A stretch of DNA of 64,000 bases from Acidobacteriota bacterium (GTDB lineage: Bacteria > Acidobacteriota > Thermoanaerobaculia > Multivoradales > UBA5704). The stretch spans positions 20,319 to 84,318 of the forward strand of contig JBDTZG010000022.1 in NCBI GenBank assembly GCA_040005235.1, given 5' to 3'. The notes under the pieces are model-generated. The model saw nothing but the letters and a program-made list of their open reading frames with translations, ran no database searches and was not told the DNA's origin. Positions within the stretch are counted from its first letter, which is position 1, and every line of letters begins with the position of its first letter. The translations under genes and the position numbers were made by a program. This document shows positions 26,489-36,243 of this stretch, in pieces.

Positions 26489-28996
26489 TTGAGACGCTTC
26501 CTCCTTCTGTTCGTTCTGCCCGCGATGCTGGTTCTCGGGGCGATCGCCCTCCCGCTCGCCCGGGGGGAGCGGACGTTTTTTCTCCGCGATGTCTTGAACT
26601 CGCACCTGAACATGAAGTGGGCGCAGGCGGAGGCGTTGCGGGCCGGGTATCTCCCCCTGGTCGACCTCTATCGCGCGGGCGGCCAGCCGCTCGCGGGCAA
26701 CCCCAACGCGGTGCCGTTTTATCCCGACAACGTTCTGTACCTGATCGCCTCGCCGCTTTGGGCGATGAACGCCCATTTTTGGATTCATCTGCTGCTCGCG
26801 CCGTTCGCGTTCTACTGGATGGCGCGTGCATTCGGGCTCCGGCGCGAGGCGTCATGGGCCGCGGCGCTCGCCTATACCTTCTCGGGGTTCTTCTTCTCGC
26901 ATCTGAACTTCTTCAACCTGATCGCCGGAGCAACGCTCGCCCCTGCGTTCGTCGCCGCCTGCCTGCGCCTGGGGCTTCCGGAGCGCCGGTCGGTTCGGAT
27001 GTGGATGCCGGCGGCGCTCGCCTTGCTGTGGGCGCTTCTGCTGCTCGGCGGCGATCCGTTCCTCGCGGCGCTAGCGCTCGCCCTGGGCGGCACAGCGTTC
27101 CTGATGCGAAATCCCCGGCCGAGCTTCGCCCTCTGGGGCCTGCTCGCCGGGGCGCTCACTCTAGGCTCGGTGCTCGCGTTGCCGCAGATCGTCGAATTCC
27201 TGCGCATTCTGCCGCTCTCCTTTCGTGGACATTACGGCTATGCCGCGAATGTCGCGACCACCGCGAGCTGGGACCCGCGCCAGATCATCGAGTGGTTCGT
27301 ACCGTTCTTCTTTGGCCGGCCGGACCGCCTGACGGCCGGCGGTTTCTGGGGTCATCGCTTCTTCACGGACGTGCCGCCCTACTACTTCTCGCTCTATCCC
27401 GGCCTGCTGGTCTTGGCGCTCGCCGCCTCATCGGGCAAGCCGCGCTCGCGTGCCGCGATCTGGGGCTGGGGGGCGGTGGGTCTCGGCATCTTCTTTGCCC
27501 TCGGCCGCTTCAACCCAGGGGTGGAGTGGGTCTTCGCTCTCGGCCGCGGCTCATTCCGCTATCCGGTCAAGTTCTGGCCGCCGGTGGCGATCGGTCTCGC
27601 TCTACTCGCCGGTCTCGGGTTCGAACGCCGCTTCGCCCCGTCGGCGCCGGGCGGTCCGGCAACGGCGACCGAAGAGGCGTCGGCCACCCCGCCGCGGGGG
27701 CTCTCGATCGCGCTCTGGGTGCTGTTTATCGGGTTGCTTTGCGGATGGATCTTCGAGAGCTTCTTTCCCGCGGCGGCGCTCGCAGGCGCGAAAGAGCTGC
27801 TGCCGATCCGCCTCGCGTCACTCGCCGCCAACGAGCGGGTTCGCTGGGCCGGTCTCTGCCTGTTCTCTTTGCTCGCGGTCGCCCTGTTCGGCATGGCAAC
27901 CTGGCTTTCCCGCCGGCATCTAGCCCTTGGCAGCGCGCTGTTGCTCGCGCTTCACGTGGCGTTCCAGCTATTTTTCTTGGGCCCCTTGTACGCCACGGAC
28001 GAGGTCGGTCCCTACCTTGAAACTCCGGCCGCACTCGCCTACATCCCTCCGGGATCACGCGTGGTTCACGGCTCGTTTTTGAACCTGATGCGCCAGGCGC
28101 ACATCGAACGGGGCGACTATCCCCAGCCGCTCACCCTCTATATGGAGCGCCGCGCGTTTGCCGAGCTCTATCCGTTCACCGGCCCGATGAATCACCGGCG
28201 CTTCGAGCTGAACGTTTCGCCCGAGGGGCTCGATTCGTTCCTCACCCGCATGTCGCAGGGGGGGATCAAGACGGCCAAGGACATCGACCGGGTGCGTCTG
28301 CTGGCGGCCTGGGGAGTCAATCGCCTGCTGCTCGGCGAACCGCTCGCCGCCGACGCGGAGAAGCAAGCTCAGCTCCTCGCGAAACTTCCGAGTTTCGGCC
28401 ACGATCTGCTGATCTACGAGATCCCGAACGCCGCGCCCGCCGCGTACCTCGCCACCCGCCTCGTGACGGCGCCGCACATGAACGCCGGCTACGCCGCTTT
28501 GCTCGCGCCCGGTTTCGATCCGCGGACCGAAGCCGTGGTCGAAGGGGAGAAGGGCTCCGAGCGGCGCGAAGGCGGCACCGTGCGGATTCTAGAAGACGGC
28601 TCGGAGCGTTTCGTCGCAGATGTCGATTCGCACGGTCCCGGTTTCCTGGTCGTCCAGCGTGCCGACCTCTCGATCTATCAGGCGAAGATCGACGGTCACC
28701 CCGCGGAACGCCGGATCGCGAACCTTCACCGCATCGGGATCCCCGTTCCCGCGGGACGCCACCGAGTTGAAATCGCAACCGATCGCCGGCCGCTCCATCG
28801 TTCCCTCGCCGCGGCGTTCGCCGCCTTCTTGATGCTGCCGTTGCTGGGATGGGTCGGTGGGCGGGTACGAATGCCGCTTCTGCCGGACGAGCCGGTCGAG
28901 GAGACTGCCGCGGAGGAGCCGCAACTCGAAGGGTTGGCGCCCGCGGAAGAGCCCTCGGTTCTGATCGAAAACTTGGAGATTGAGGAGTCGTCATGA
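26489..28996 (+). CDS. YfhO-like GT-C membrane glycosyltransferase
   Basis: GYLPLVD...GGQPLAGNPNAVPFYP, many TMs, C-terminal GIPVPAGRHRVE; start uncertain (TTG 26489 or ATG 26360). Confidence 0.8.
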   Translation: MRRFLLLFVLPAMLVLGAIALPLARGERTFFLRDVLNSHLNMKWAQAEALRAGYLPLVDLYRAGGQPLAGNPNAVPFYPDNVLYLIASPLWAMNAHFWIHLLLAPFAFYWMARAFGLRREASWAAALAYTFSGFFFSHLNFFNLIAGATLAPAFVAACLRLGLPERRSVRMWMPAALALLWALLLLGGDPFLAALALALGGTAFLMRNPRPSFALWGLLAGALTLGSVLALPQIVEFLRILPLSFRGHYGYAANVATTASWDPRQIIEWFVPFFFGRPDRLTAGGFWGHRFFTDVPPYYFSLYPGLLVLALAASSGKPRSRAAIWGWGAVGLGIFFALGRFNPGVEWVFALGRGSFRYPVKFWPPVAIGLALLAGLGFERRFAPSAPGGPATATEEASATPPRGLSIALWVLFIGLLCGWIFESFFPAAALAGAKELLPIRLASLAANERVRWAGLCLFSLLAVALFGMATWLSRRHLALGSALLLALHVAFQLFFLGPLYATDEVGPYLETPAALAYIPPGSRVVHGSFLNLMRQAHIERGDYPQPLTLYMERRAFAELYPFTGPMNHRRFELNVSPEGLDSFLTRMSQGGIKTAKDIDRVRLLAAWGVNRLLLGEPLAADAEKQAQLLAKLPSFGHDLLIYEIPNAAPAAYLATRLVTAPHMNAGYAALLAPGFDPRTEAVVEGEKGSERREGGTVRILEDGSERFVADVDSHGPGFLVVQRADLSIYQAKIDGHPAERRIANLHRIGIPVPAGRHRVEIATDRRPLHRSLAAAFAAFLMLPLLGWVGGRVRMPLLPDEPVEETAAEEPQLEGLAPAEEPSVLIENLEIEESS

Positions 28997-29526
28997 GAAA
29001 CATTCCCGCCGCCTGGATTCTGCTCAGCCTACTCGCCGGTTGCCGCGCTCAAGCGCCGGAGGCCGAGCCGAAGGCGGCGGAGCTGGCCGTCGTCTCCGAT
29101 CTCTCGTCCGGGCTCGACAGCTCGGTCTCGGAGCCGGCCGCTCCGGACAAAGTGAAGGCGACGAAGGCTCTCTCCGGCAGCTTCGTCGGTTTCGAGGCGG
29201 GCGACTATCTGCACGCCGTGTTCGCCAAGACCGACGGTAAGAAGGAGTCATTCTTCCTGGAGCGCGGGATGGAGATCTTCCTGGTCGACCATGCCAAAGA
29301 ACCTCTGGAGATGGAGGTTCAGACGGTCGAGACCGACATTCCCGAGGCGGGCGGGATCACCGAGATCGATCGGCTTCACGCCATCCGGGCGGGCGGTGTG
29401 AGCTTCGCGGATTGGTGGAAAACGGCGGAGCCGAAATTCGGCAAGTTGCTCGACGACTACCAGGCGCGGATCGACAAGGCGACGCTCCAGCCGGAGGATG
29501 CGCCGGCGGAGACGAGCGAGCCTTAG
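28993..29526 (+). CDS. Hypothetical lipoprotein
   Basis: Lipobox LAGC; start overlaps the upstream stop; GAGGAG RBS. Confidence 0.7.
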   Translation: MRNIPAAWILLSLLAGCRAQAPEAEPKAAELAVVSDLSSGLDSSVSEPAAPDKVKATKALSGSFVGFEAGDYLHAVFAKTDGKKESFFLERGMEIFLVDHAKEPLEMEVQTVETDIPEAGGITEIDRLHAIRAGGVSFADWWKTAEPKFGKLLDDYQARIDKATLQPEDAPAETSEP

Positions 29527-29539
29527 TAGGGTCGATCGA

Positions 29540-30271
29540 TCAGACCGAACCGCCGACGACCAGCACGAACTCGCCCTTTAAGCTCGGGCGGGCGGTAAAG
29601 ACGGCCAGCAGGTGAGAGAGCGGCCCGCGGACGATTTCTTCGTGGAGCTTGGTCAGCTCGCGGCCGATCGCGGCAGGCCGGTCTCCAAGTTCGGCCACCG
29701 CGTCGGCGAGGCTCGCGAGAATCCGGTGCGGCGATTCGAACAGGATGAATGTGTGCCCGAGCGCGCCCATCTCGCGATAGAAGCTCCGGCGCTTGCCCGA
29801 GCGAAACGGCGGGAACCCGGCGAACGTGAACGGGTAGGGCGGCAGGGCGGAGGCGACCAGCGCAGCAAGGATCGCCGACGCGCCCGGGATCGGCTCAATC
29901 GTGGCGCCCCGGGCCGCCGCCTCCCGGACGAGCAGAAAACCGGGATCGGAAAGCAGGGGGGTTCCCGCGTCGCTCGCCACGGCCACCGTCGCCCCCCGCT
30001 CCAGCTCGGCGAGCAAGCGCGGCAGGCGTTGCCGCTCGTTGTGTTCGTGGAGCGAAACCAGGGGTTTCCGGATGCCCAAATGGGCGAGCAGCTTGCCGGT
30101 CACCCGCGTGTCCTCGCAGGCGATCAGGTCCGCCCGCTCGAAGGACTCGCGGGCGCGCGCCGAGAGGTCGCCGAGGTTGCCGATCGGCGTCGCGACCAGC
30201 AGCAGGCGACCGGGATAGGCAGAAGCTTCTACATCTTCTTCTTCCGGATCGGCAGGGATAGGAGGAGGCAT
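29540..30271 (-). CDS. rsmI: 16S rRNA (cytidine1402-2'-O)-methyltransferase
   Basis: VATPIGNLGD, ACEDTR, SDAGTPLLSDPG, FESPHR and RELTKLHEE motifs. Confidence 0.95.
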   Translation of the reverse strand: MPPPIPADPEEEDVEASAYPGRLLLVATPIGNLGDLSARARESFERADLIACEDTRVTGKLLAHLGIRKPLVSLHEHNERQRLPRLLAELERGATVAVASDAGTPLLSDPGFLLVREAAARGATIEPIPGASAILAALVASALPPYPFTFAGFPPFRSGKRRSFYREMGALGHTFILFESPHRILASLADAVAELGDRPAAIGRELTKLHEEIVRGPLSHLLAVFTARPSLKGEFVLVVGGSV

Positions 30272-30277
30272 CACGCC

Positions 30278-30291
30278 GGATGCTAGCATCC
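30278..30291. promoter_or_regulatory. Symmetric bidirectional extended -10 element
   Basis: Perfect 14-bp palindrome GGATGCTAGCATCC gives TGcTAGCAT on both strands, each 8 nt before an ATG (30271 minus, 30298 plus). Confidence 0.65.
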
Positions 30292-30297
30292 CGCTTG

Positions 30298-31038
30298 ATG
30301 GCGACTTCGTTCGATCGCGCGCTCCTCAGCTTTCTGGTCGCGGTATTTCCGGGAGCCGGGTTCGCCGCGACGGCGGCGACGGCTCCGCCGATCGGCGCAC
30401 CGGTGGCGAAACTGCTCGATCGGGTGGTCGCGGTGGTTGACGAAGATCCGATCCTCAGCTCCGACATCGACCGGGTGATCGGTCTCGGTCTGGTCGAGCC
30501 GAAAGCGGGCGAGAGCGGCGATCTGCTCCGCCGCCGGGTGCTCGACCAATTGATCGAGCAGCGACTGCGCTCGCACGAGATCGACCGTTCGGGGTTCGTC
30601 GAGGTGCCGGTCGAAGAGATCGAACGCCAGACGGCCGAGATCCGCGCCCGCTTCCCCGACGAGGCGGCGTTCGAGCATCAACTTTTAAATCTGGGGATGA
30701 CCCGCGCCACCCTCGCGCAGCTGGTGGCGCGCCAGATCGCCGTGCTGATCTATATCGACGAACGCCTGGGTCCGCGGGTGTTCGTAAGCCTCGACGACAT
30801 TCGCGACTATTACGCGACGACGCTCACCTCCGAAGCCGAGAAGCGCGGCGAGAAGGTGCCGCCGCTCGAAGACGTTCGCGAAGACATCCGCGCGGTCCTC
30901 CGCGAGCAGCGGCTGAACGCAGAGCTGGCCCGCTGGTCCGAGGAGCTGCGCCGCAACTCCGACGTCGAAAGCTTCTACGACGAGCCGGTCAACCGCCTGC
31001 CGCCGCTCTTGACCACGATCGAAAAGCCTCCGAGTTGA
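30298..31038 (+). CDS. SurA N-terminal-domain chaperone-like protein
   Basis: Signal peptide; LDRVVAVVDEDPILSSD...VLDQLIEQRL pattern. Confidence 0.75.
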   Translation: MATSFDRALLSFLVAVFPGAGFAATAATAPPIGAPVAKLLDRVVAVVDEDPILSSDIDRVIGLGLVEPKAGESGDLLRRRVLDQLIEQRLRSHEIDRSGFVEVPVEEIERQTAEIRARFPDEAAFEHQLLNLGMTRATLAQLVARQIAVLIYIDERLGPRVFVSLDDIRDYYATTLTSEAEKRGEKVPPLEDVREDIRAVLREQRLNAELARWSEELRRNSDVESFYDEPVNRLPPLLTTIEKPPS

Positions 31039-31045
31039 CCTTGGC

Positions 31046-33322
31046 TTACGGCTGGCCGTAGATCTCCCGGTATTGAGCCCACGCGGCGATCACCGAGGCG
31101 AGATAAACGCGTGCGGCGGGATCGGTGATCTTGGTCCAGTATTCCTCGGGCTCGGATGTCGAGCAGTAGCTCTGCCAGATCCGCGCGGCTTCGGCTCCGG
31201 CCTCGAACGCGGCGATCGCGCGCGGAACGAAGCGGCCCGCGGTATTCAACTCGGCACCCAGGTGCGCGGCGGCGAGCGGTATCGCGATTTCCGGGCGTTC
31301 CAGATCGTCCGCGTCCGGCTCGGGCAGGCCGGCCAGGGCGGCGACGCGGGCCTGCGTGGCGAGCATCGTTCCCGCGAGTCCTCGTTCGGTTCCCCGCACC
31401 TGAGAGGGATCGAAGCGGCTCTCCTCGCGCAGGATCGCGGCAAGCAGGAGGGGGTCGATGCCGCGCCGGGGGCCTTCGCTGCGCAGCAGATCCGCATAAG
31501 GAAAGGGATAGAGCAGTCGGCGCAGGGCGCCCGGCAGGAGCACTTCGGGAACCTGCGCCGGAACGAGGGCGCGAACCGCGTCGGCGAGCGCGATCGAGCG
31601 CCGGGTCTGGCCGACTCTGGCGAGCTCCAAACCGGCGGTGAACGCGAGATCCGGGCGCGCCGGGTCGAAGACTTCGGTGGCGGCCGCCGCGCCGTCGGTC
31701 CAGATGCCGAGGCTCAAGAGCATTCTCTCGGTCTTGAACCGGCCGAGGGCGGCGGGATCGCTTCCGCTCTGACTCCAAAGCGGCCAACGCCCGACCGGGA
31801 CCGGGCTCAAGCGGAGGAAGGGGGCCGCCTTCCGGTCCGCGAGCAGAAGCTTCGCGAGGCGGATATGCGCCGAGCGGCCGAGCGGATTCAGGTCGCCCAG
31901 GATCAGCCAGGCCCCCAGAAGATCGGCCGGCCGGCCGGTCTCGGTCAGACGCTGCGCGAGGATCGTCGCCGAAGGCGCCAAGCCGGGTCCCGCCAGGCGG
32001 CGGCGCGCTCCGAGCGAGATCAAATGGTAAGGATCGAGCCGCAGCACCCCAAGGTAGGCGTTCACCGCGGCTTGCGGATTTCCGGTCAGCTCGGTCGCCC
32101 GCGCCCGCCAATAGGCGACTTCGATCGGCTCGCCCGCGGAGGCGGGGCCGCTGAGCCAGATCCGTGCCCGATCGGCCCGGCCGCGGACGAGATCGGAGGC
32201 GGCAAGAAAGAGCGCCGACCGGGCCGCTTCGGCGCGCCATGCCGGGCGCGCGGCGAGCCGGGAGAGCAGGGTGCTCGCGGTGGCGTCCGCACCCGATCGA
32301 GCCGACAGCCGGAGGGCCGCGGCGTAGGCCGCCGCCGTCATCGTGCCGTCCGGATCTGCGTCCGCCGCGGCGAGGTAGCGCCCCAGGGCCATCTGAGGTT
32401 GGCCGCGCGCTTCGAAGCCTCGTCCCTGGTCAAACCGCGCCCTGGCTCGCGAAGAGGGACCGGTCGCCTGTTGGGCGGCGATCTCCAGCTGGGCGATCGC
32501 CGGGTCGTACCGTCCGGCTTCGAGCTGGACTCTTCCAAGCGAAGCCACGGCTTCCGAACGGTCGCGGCGCGACGCCGAGAGGGCGGCGCGGCGCAACGAG
32601 AGGATCGCCCGGTCGAACTCGCCGCCGAGCGCGAGCACCAGCCCCGAGAGCAGCGCGGAGCGCCCGCGCGTCTCGCCCTGGGCACCGGCGAGATCGGCGA
32701 GCCGTTCCGCCGCGGCGAACGCCCACTCGTCCACTCTCGACTCGTCGAGCAGATCGACCAGAAGGCTCCGGCCCAGCTCGGTATCCCCGGCGCGGAAGGC
32801 GCAGTCGGCGCGGGCGAGCTGGAGCGCCCGTCGCTCGGGGGGAGCGAAGGCGAGGAGCGTGATCGCCTTGAGCAGTCGGCAGTCGCCGCCTTCGTGGAGG
32901 CTCCTTTGGAACAGACGAATCGCTTTGGCGGCGATCGGCGACCGGGCGTCTTCCACGACCACCGCGGCGAGCAGCCCCGCGGCCACCTCCGGGTGCCCCG
33001 CCCGCATCTGCCCCAGGGCCAGGCGATAGCGACCGTAGGGGCCGAGCGCCGGGGTTTCGATCATAGCGGTCGCGAACGCTTCGGCGGAGCGGCGATCGTC
33101 GCCTAAACCTTCGAGCAGATGCCCGCGCAGGTAAGAAAGCCCGAACTCCCGCGCCCGTTCGGGCTGGACCGCAATCTCGCGATCGACCAGAGCGAGAGCA
33201 TCGCGATCTCGTCCGACCCGCTGCAGCTCGACCAGGGCCGGGCGCGGATCGGGGCCGCTCCCTCCGGCCCCTCCGGAAAGCGCCAGAGCGAAAGTGGCGA
33301 CGACGAAAGGAGCGCTCAGCAT
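31046..33322 (-). CDS. Soluble lytic transglycosylase-like protein (TPR + SLT domain)
   Basis: Helical repeats; LLYPFPY...IDPLLLAAILREESRFDP motif. Confidence 0.8.
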   Translation of the reverse strand: MLSAPFVVATFALALSGGAGGSGPDPRPALVELQRVGRDRDALALVDREIAVQPERAREFGLSYLRGHLLEGLGDDRRSAEAFATAMIETPALGPYGRYRLALGQMRAGHPEVAAGLLAAVVVEDARSPIAAKAIRLFQRSLHEGGDCRLLKAITLLAFAPPERRALQLARADCAFRAGDTELGRSLLVDLLDESRVDEWAFAAAERLADLAGAQGETRGRSALLSGLVLALGGEFDRAILSLRRAALSASRRDRSEAVASLGRVQLEAGRYDPAIAQLEIAAQQATGPSSRARARFDQGRGFEARGQPQMALGRYLAAADADPDGTMTAAAYAAALRLSARSGADATASTLLSRLAARPAWRAEAARSALFLAASDLVRGRADRARIWLSGPASAGEPIEVAYWRARATELTGNPQAAVNAYLGVLRLDPYHLISLGARRRLAGPGLAPSATILAQRLTETGRPADLLGAWLILGDLNPLGRSAHIRLAKLLLADRKAAPFLRLSPVPVGRWPLWSQSGSDPAALGRFKTERMLLSLGIWTDGAAAATEVFDPARPDLAFTAGLELARVGQTRRSIALADAVRALVPAQVPEVLLPGALRRLLYPFPYADLLRSEGPRRGIDPLLLAAILREESRFDPSQVRGTERGLAGTMLATQARVAALAGLPEPDADDLERPEIAIPLAAAHLGAELNTAGRFVPRAIAAFEAGAEAARIWQSYCSTSEPEEYWTKITDPAARVYLASVIAAWAQYREIYGQP

Positions 33323-33377
33323 GGTTCTAGGCGAAGAGTTTCCTGAAGGTGCCGAGTTGATTGCCCGGAGGATTCGC

Positions 33378-34658
33378 TCAGGGCGTTTGCGGTCCGGCGA
33401 TCCGCTCCACCCGCGCGCCGAGCGCGCGGAGTTTCTCTTCCATCGCCTCGTAGCCGCGGTCCAGGTGATAGATCCGGTCGACGGTCGTCTCGCCGTCGGC
33501 GACCAGCCCCGCGAGCACCAGGCAGGCGGAGGCGCGCAGATCGGTCGCCATGACGTTGGCGCCCGCGAGCGGCGTCGGCCCTTTGACTTTCACGTCGCGG
33601 CCCTCGACGTGAAGATCGGCACCCATGCGCATGAGCTCGGGGACGTGCTGAAATCGATTCTCGAACACGCTTTCGCGGATCGTGGCCGACCCTTCGGCCT
33701 GGGTCATCAGAGCCAGGTATTGCGCCTGAAGGTCGGTGGGAAACCCGGGGTGCGGCGCGGTCTCGATGTCCGCCGCCTGCAGCCTGCCGTCAGCGCGCAC
33801 ACGAATTCCGTCGGGTCCTTCCGCGACCGCCGCGCCGATGTGAGCGAGCTGTTCGAGCAACGGCGCGAGGGCGGCCGGGTCGGCGTCTTCGAGCGTCACA
33901 TCACCGCCGGTGAGCGCCGCGCCGACCAGGTAGGTGCCCCCTTCGATTCGATCCGAGATCACCGAGTGCTCAGCCTCATGCAGCTCGTCCACCCCTTCGA
34001 TTTCGATCGTCTCGCCCCCTCCGCCGCCAATCTTTGCTCCCATCGCGCGAAGCAGGCGGGCAAGGTCGACCACTTCCGGCTCGCGTGCGCAGTTTTCGAG
34101 CACGGTGGTGCCGCGGGCGAAGCAGGCGGCCATCAAAAGATTTTCCGTTCCGGTGACGGTCGCCATGTCGAACCGAAAGCGGGCGCCGATCAGCCGGGCG
34201 CAGCTCGCTTCGACGTAGCCGTGCTCCAGGCGAACCCGGGCGCCGAGCGCTTCCAGCCCTTTCAGGTGCTGGTCGATCGGCCGAACTCCGATTGCGCAGC
34301 CGCCGGGCAGCGAAACCCGGGCGCGGCCGAAACGGGCGAGCAGCGGGCCGAGCACCAGAACGCCCGCGCGCATGGTCTTCATCAGGTCGTAGGGAGCTTC
34401 GATCGGCGGAGCGCCGGGCGCCGCGTGCCGTTCGAGCGTCAACTCGCCGTTCGGGCCGATCTCGCCCGCCCCCACCCCGAGGTGCTCCAGCAGGCGCAGC
34501 ATGGTGCGGATGTCGCGGACGCGGGGAACCCGATCGAAGCGAAGCGGCCGGTCGGTGAGGAGCGAGGCGGCGAGCGCCGGGAGTGCGGCGTTTTTCGCGC
34601 CGCTCGCGCGAACGCGGCCGTGGAGCCGGGTCGGTCCAACGATGCGGAATCTATCCAT
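33378..34658 (-). CDS. murA: UDP-N-acetylglucosamine 1-carboxyvinyltransferase
   Basis: [39 protein letters not shown] and YHLDRGY motifs. Confidence 0.97.
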   Translation of the reverse strand: MDRFRIVGPTRLHGRVRASGAKNAALPALAASLLTDRPLRFDRVPRVRDIRTMLRLLEHLGVGAGEIGPNGELTLERHAAPGAPPIEAPYDLMKTMRAGVLVLGPLLARFGRARVSLPGGCAIGVRPIDQHLKGLEALGARVRLEHGYVEASCARLIGARFRFDMATVTGTENLLMAACFARGTTVLENCAREPEVVDLARLLRAMGAKIGGGGGETIEIEGVDELHEAEHSVISDRIEGGTYLVGAALTGGDVTLEDADPAALAPLLEQLAHIGAAVAEGPDGIRVRADGRLQAADIETAPHPGFPTDLQAQYLALMTQAEGSATIRESVFENRFQHVPELMRMGADLHVEGRDVKVKGPTPLAGANVMATDLRASACLVLAGLVADGETTVDRIYHLDRGYEAMEEKLRALGARVERIAGPQTP

Positions 34659-34781
34659 GTTCGCTAGCGCTCCGGCCTTTCGATCGACCTGCTGTAAGTT
34701 CGCCGCTCGGGTCCCGTGGTTTCGGCGTTCCTTCGAACTGTCCTGCAAGCCCGGCGCCTGCCGTTTGGCGCGAGATTCCTT

Positions 34782-35627
34782 TCAGTGCCGAACCAGGACC
34801 GCGACGCGCGGGATGCCGGCGTAGTCGGGTTGCGCCTCAAGGGGATCGAATCCGGCCGCCCGAGCCGAGGATTCGACCGCTTCGATCTGCCCCCGACCGA
34901 TCTCCAGCAGAACCCGAACGCCGGGCCTCAACCCCGCGGCCGAAGCGAGCAGGCGGGAGATCGTCTCCAACCCCCCTCCGCCGGGCGGAAAGAGTGCCAG
35001 GTGAGGCTCGAAATTGCAAACTTCGGGCGACATTTCGGCCGCTTCGGTTCGATCGACGTACGGGGGATTGCTGACCAGCAGATCGATCGCCTCTATCGCG
35101 ATTCCGGCGAACAAATCGGTGCGCACCAGGGCGACCCGATCGGCCGCTCCGAGGCGAGCCGCGTTGCCCTGCGCTACCGCGAGAGCGCCGGCCGAGAGGT
35201 CGGTCGCGATGAGGCGGGCGGCAGGCAGCTCGCAAGCGAGCGTCACGGCGATGCAGCCGGAGCCCGCGCCCACCTCCAAGATTCGCGGACGCGGCGGAAG
35301 CGGGGAGGCAAGCGCCTGTTCGATCAGGTGCTCGGTCTCGGGCCGGGGGATCAGCACCCGCGGGTCGACGTGAAAGACGCGACCGTAAAACTCCCGCTCG
35401 CCCAGAAGGTAGGCGACCGGCTCGCCGCCCGCCCGGCGTTCGATCCAGTCTTGGTAGCGAAGGGCGTCCGAGGGATCTACCGGCCGCTCGTCGCGGGCCA
35501 GAACCTTCGCCTCGGAGAGTCCGAGCACCCGGCCGAGCAGCAGCGCCGCCTCGCGCGGAGGGGGCGAAAACGGGGCCACGGCGAGCCGCGACCTACCCTC
35601 CCTGACCAGCTCGCCGATGGTTGCCAC
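34782..35627 (-). CDS. prmC: Release factor glutamine methyltransferase
   Basis: GEPVAY, VLIPRPETE, GAGSGCI and VSNPPY motifs. Confidence 0.95.
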   Translation of the reverse strand: MATIGELVREGRSRLAVAPFSPPPREAALLLGRVLGLSEAKVLARDERPVDPSDALRYQDWIERRAGGEPVAYLLGEREFYGRVFHVDPRVLIPRPETEHLIEQALASPLPPRPRILEVGAGSGCIAVTLACELPAARLIATDLSAGALAVAQGNAARLGAADRVALVRTDLFAGIAIEAIDLLVSNPPYVDRTEAAEMSPEVCNFEPHLALFPPGGGGLETISRLLASAAGLRPGVRVLLEIGRGQIEAVESSARAAGFDPLEAQPDYAGIPRVAVLVRH

Positions 35628-35654
35628 GGGCGCAGTCTATGGCCGGGCCGCGGC

Positions 35655-36167
35655 TTATTTCTCGTCGTCGGAATTGGAACCATCGCCGAAGACCGCTTTC
35701 CAATGAGCCTGTTCGCTGCCGCTGGGATGAGGCTTTTCCCCGGCATCGCGCATCGAGCGTTTGCGCTTGGGCGGCCGATTTCTTTCGGGATTTCCAAGGT
35801 CACCGGGGCGGGCCAGAACGCGGCGGGCAAGCGCGGTGGCGGTGTGAGTCTTGGCTCCCAGGTCGCGGCAAGCGCGGGCCAGGGCGGTGTCGTTGGTGAC
35901 CACGATCCAGGTCTTGGGGCTGGTTCGAACGCGCGCCAGAATGGCGTCGTCCGCCGAGCGAGGGGCCGCGAACTCGACCTCCATCGGGCCGTAACGCATC
36001 GCCACGTCCGGACGCTCGACGCCGTCGAACACCACGATCATCCGGCCGCGATTGGCGCGTTCGCGCACCCAAGGGAGCAGCCAGGCGACCACTGCCCGCG
36101 CATCGCGCGCGCCGGTTCGACCGCCGCCCACTCCGCCGAGATTGCTGCCATCGATCAAATAGGACAT
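35655..36167 (-). CDS. YacP-like NYN-domain protein
   Basis: YLIDGSNL, VVFDG, SADDAI and VVTND motifs. Confidence 0.8.
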   Translation of the reverse strand: MSYLIDGSNLGGVGGGRTGARDARAVVAWLLPWVRERANRGRMIVVFDGVERPDVAMRYGPMEVEFAAPRSADDAILARVRTSPKTWIVVTNDTALARACRDLGAKTHTATALARRVLARPGDLGNPERNRPPKRKRSMRDAGEKPHPSGSEQAHWKAVFGDGSNSDDEK

Positions 36168-36243
36168 GCGAGAGACCTTCCCGCGCGGGAGCCCATGCTA
36201 ACGTCGTGCCGTTCGAATCCGGCCCTATCCAGGAGGTTGTTCC

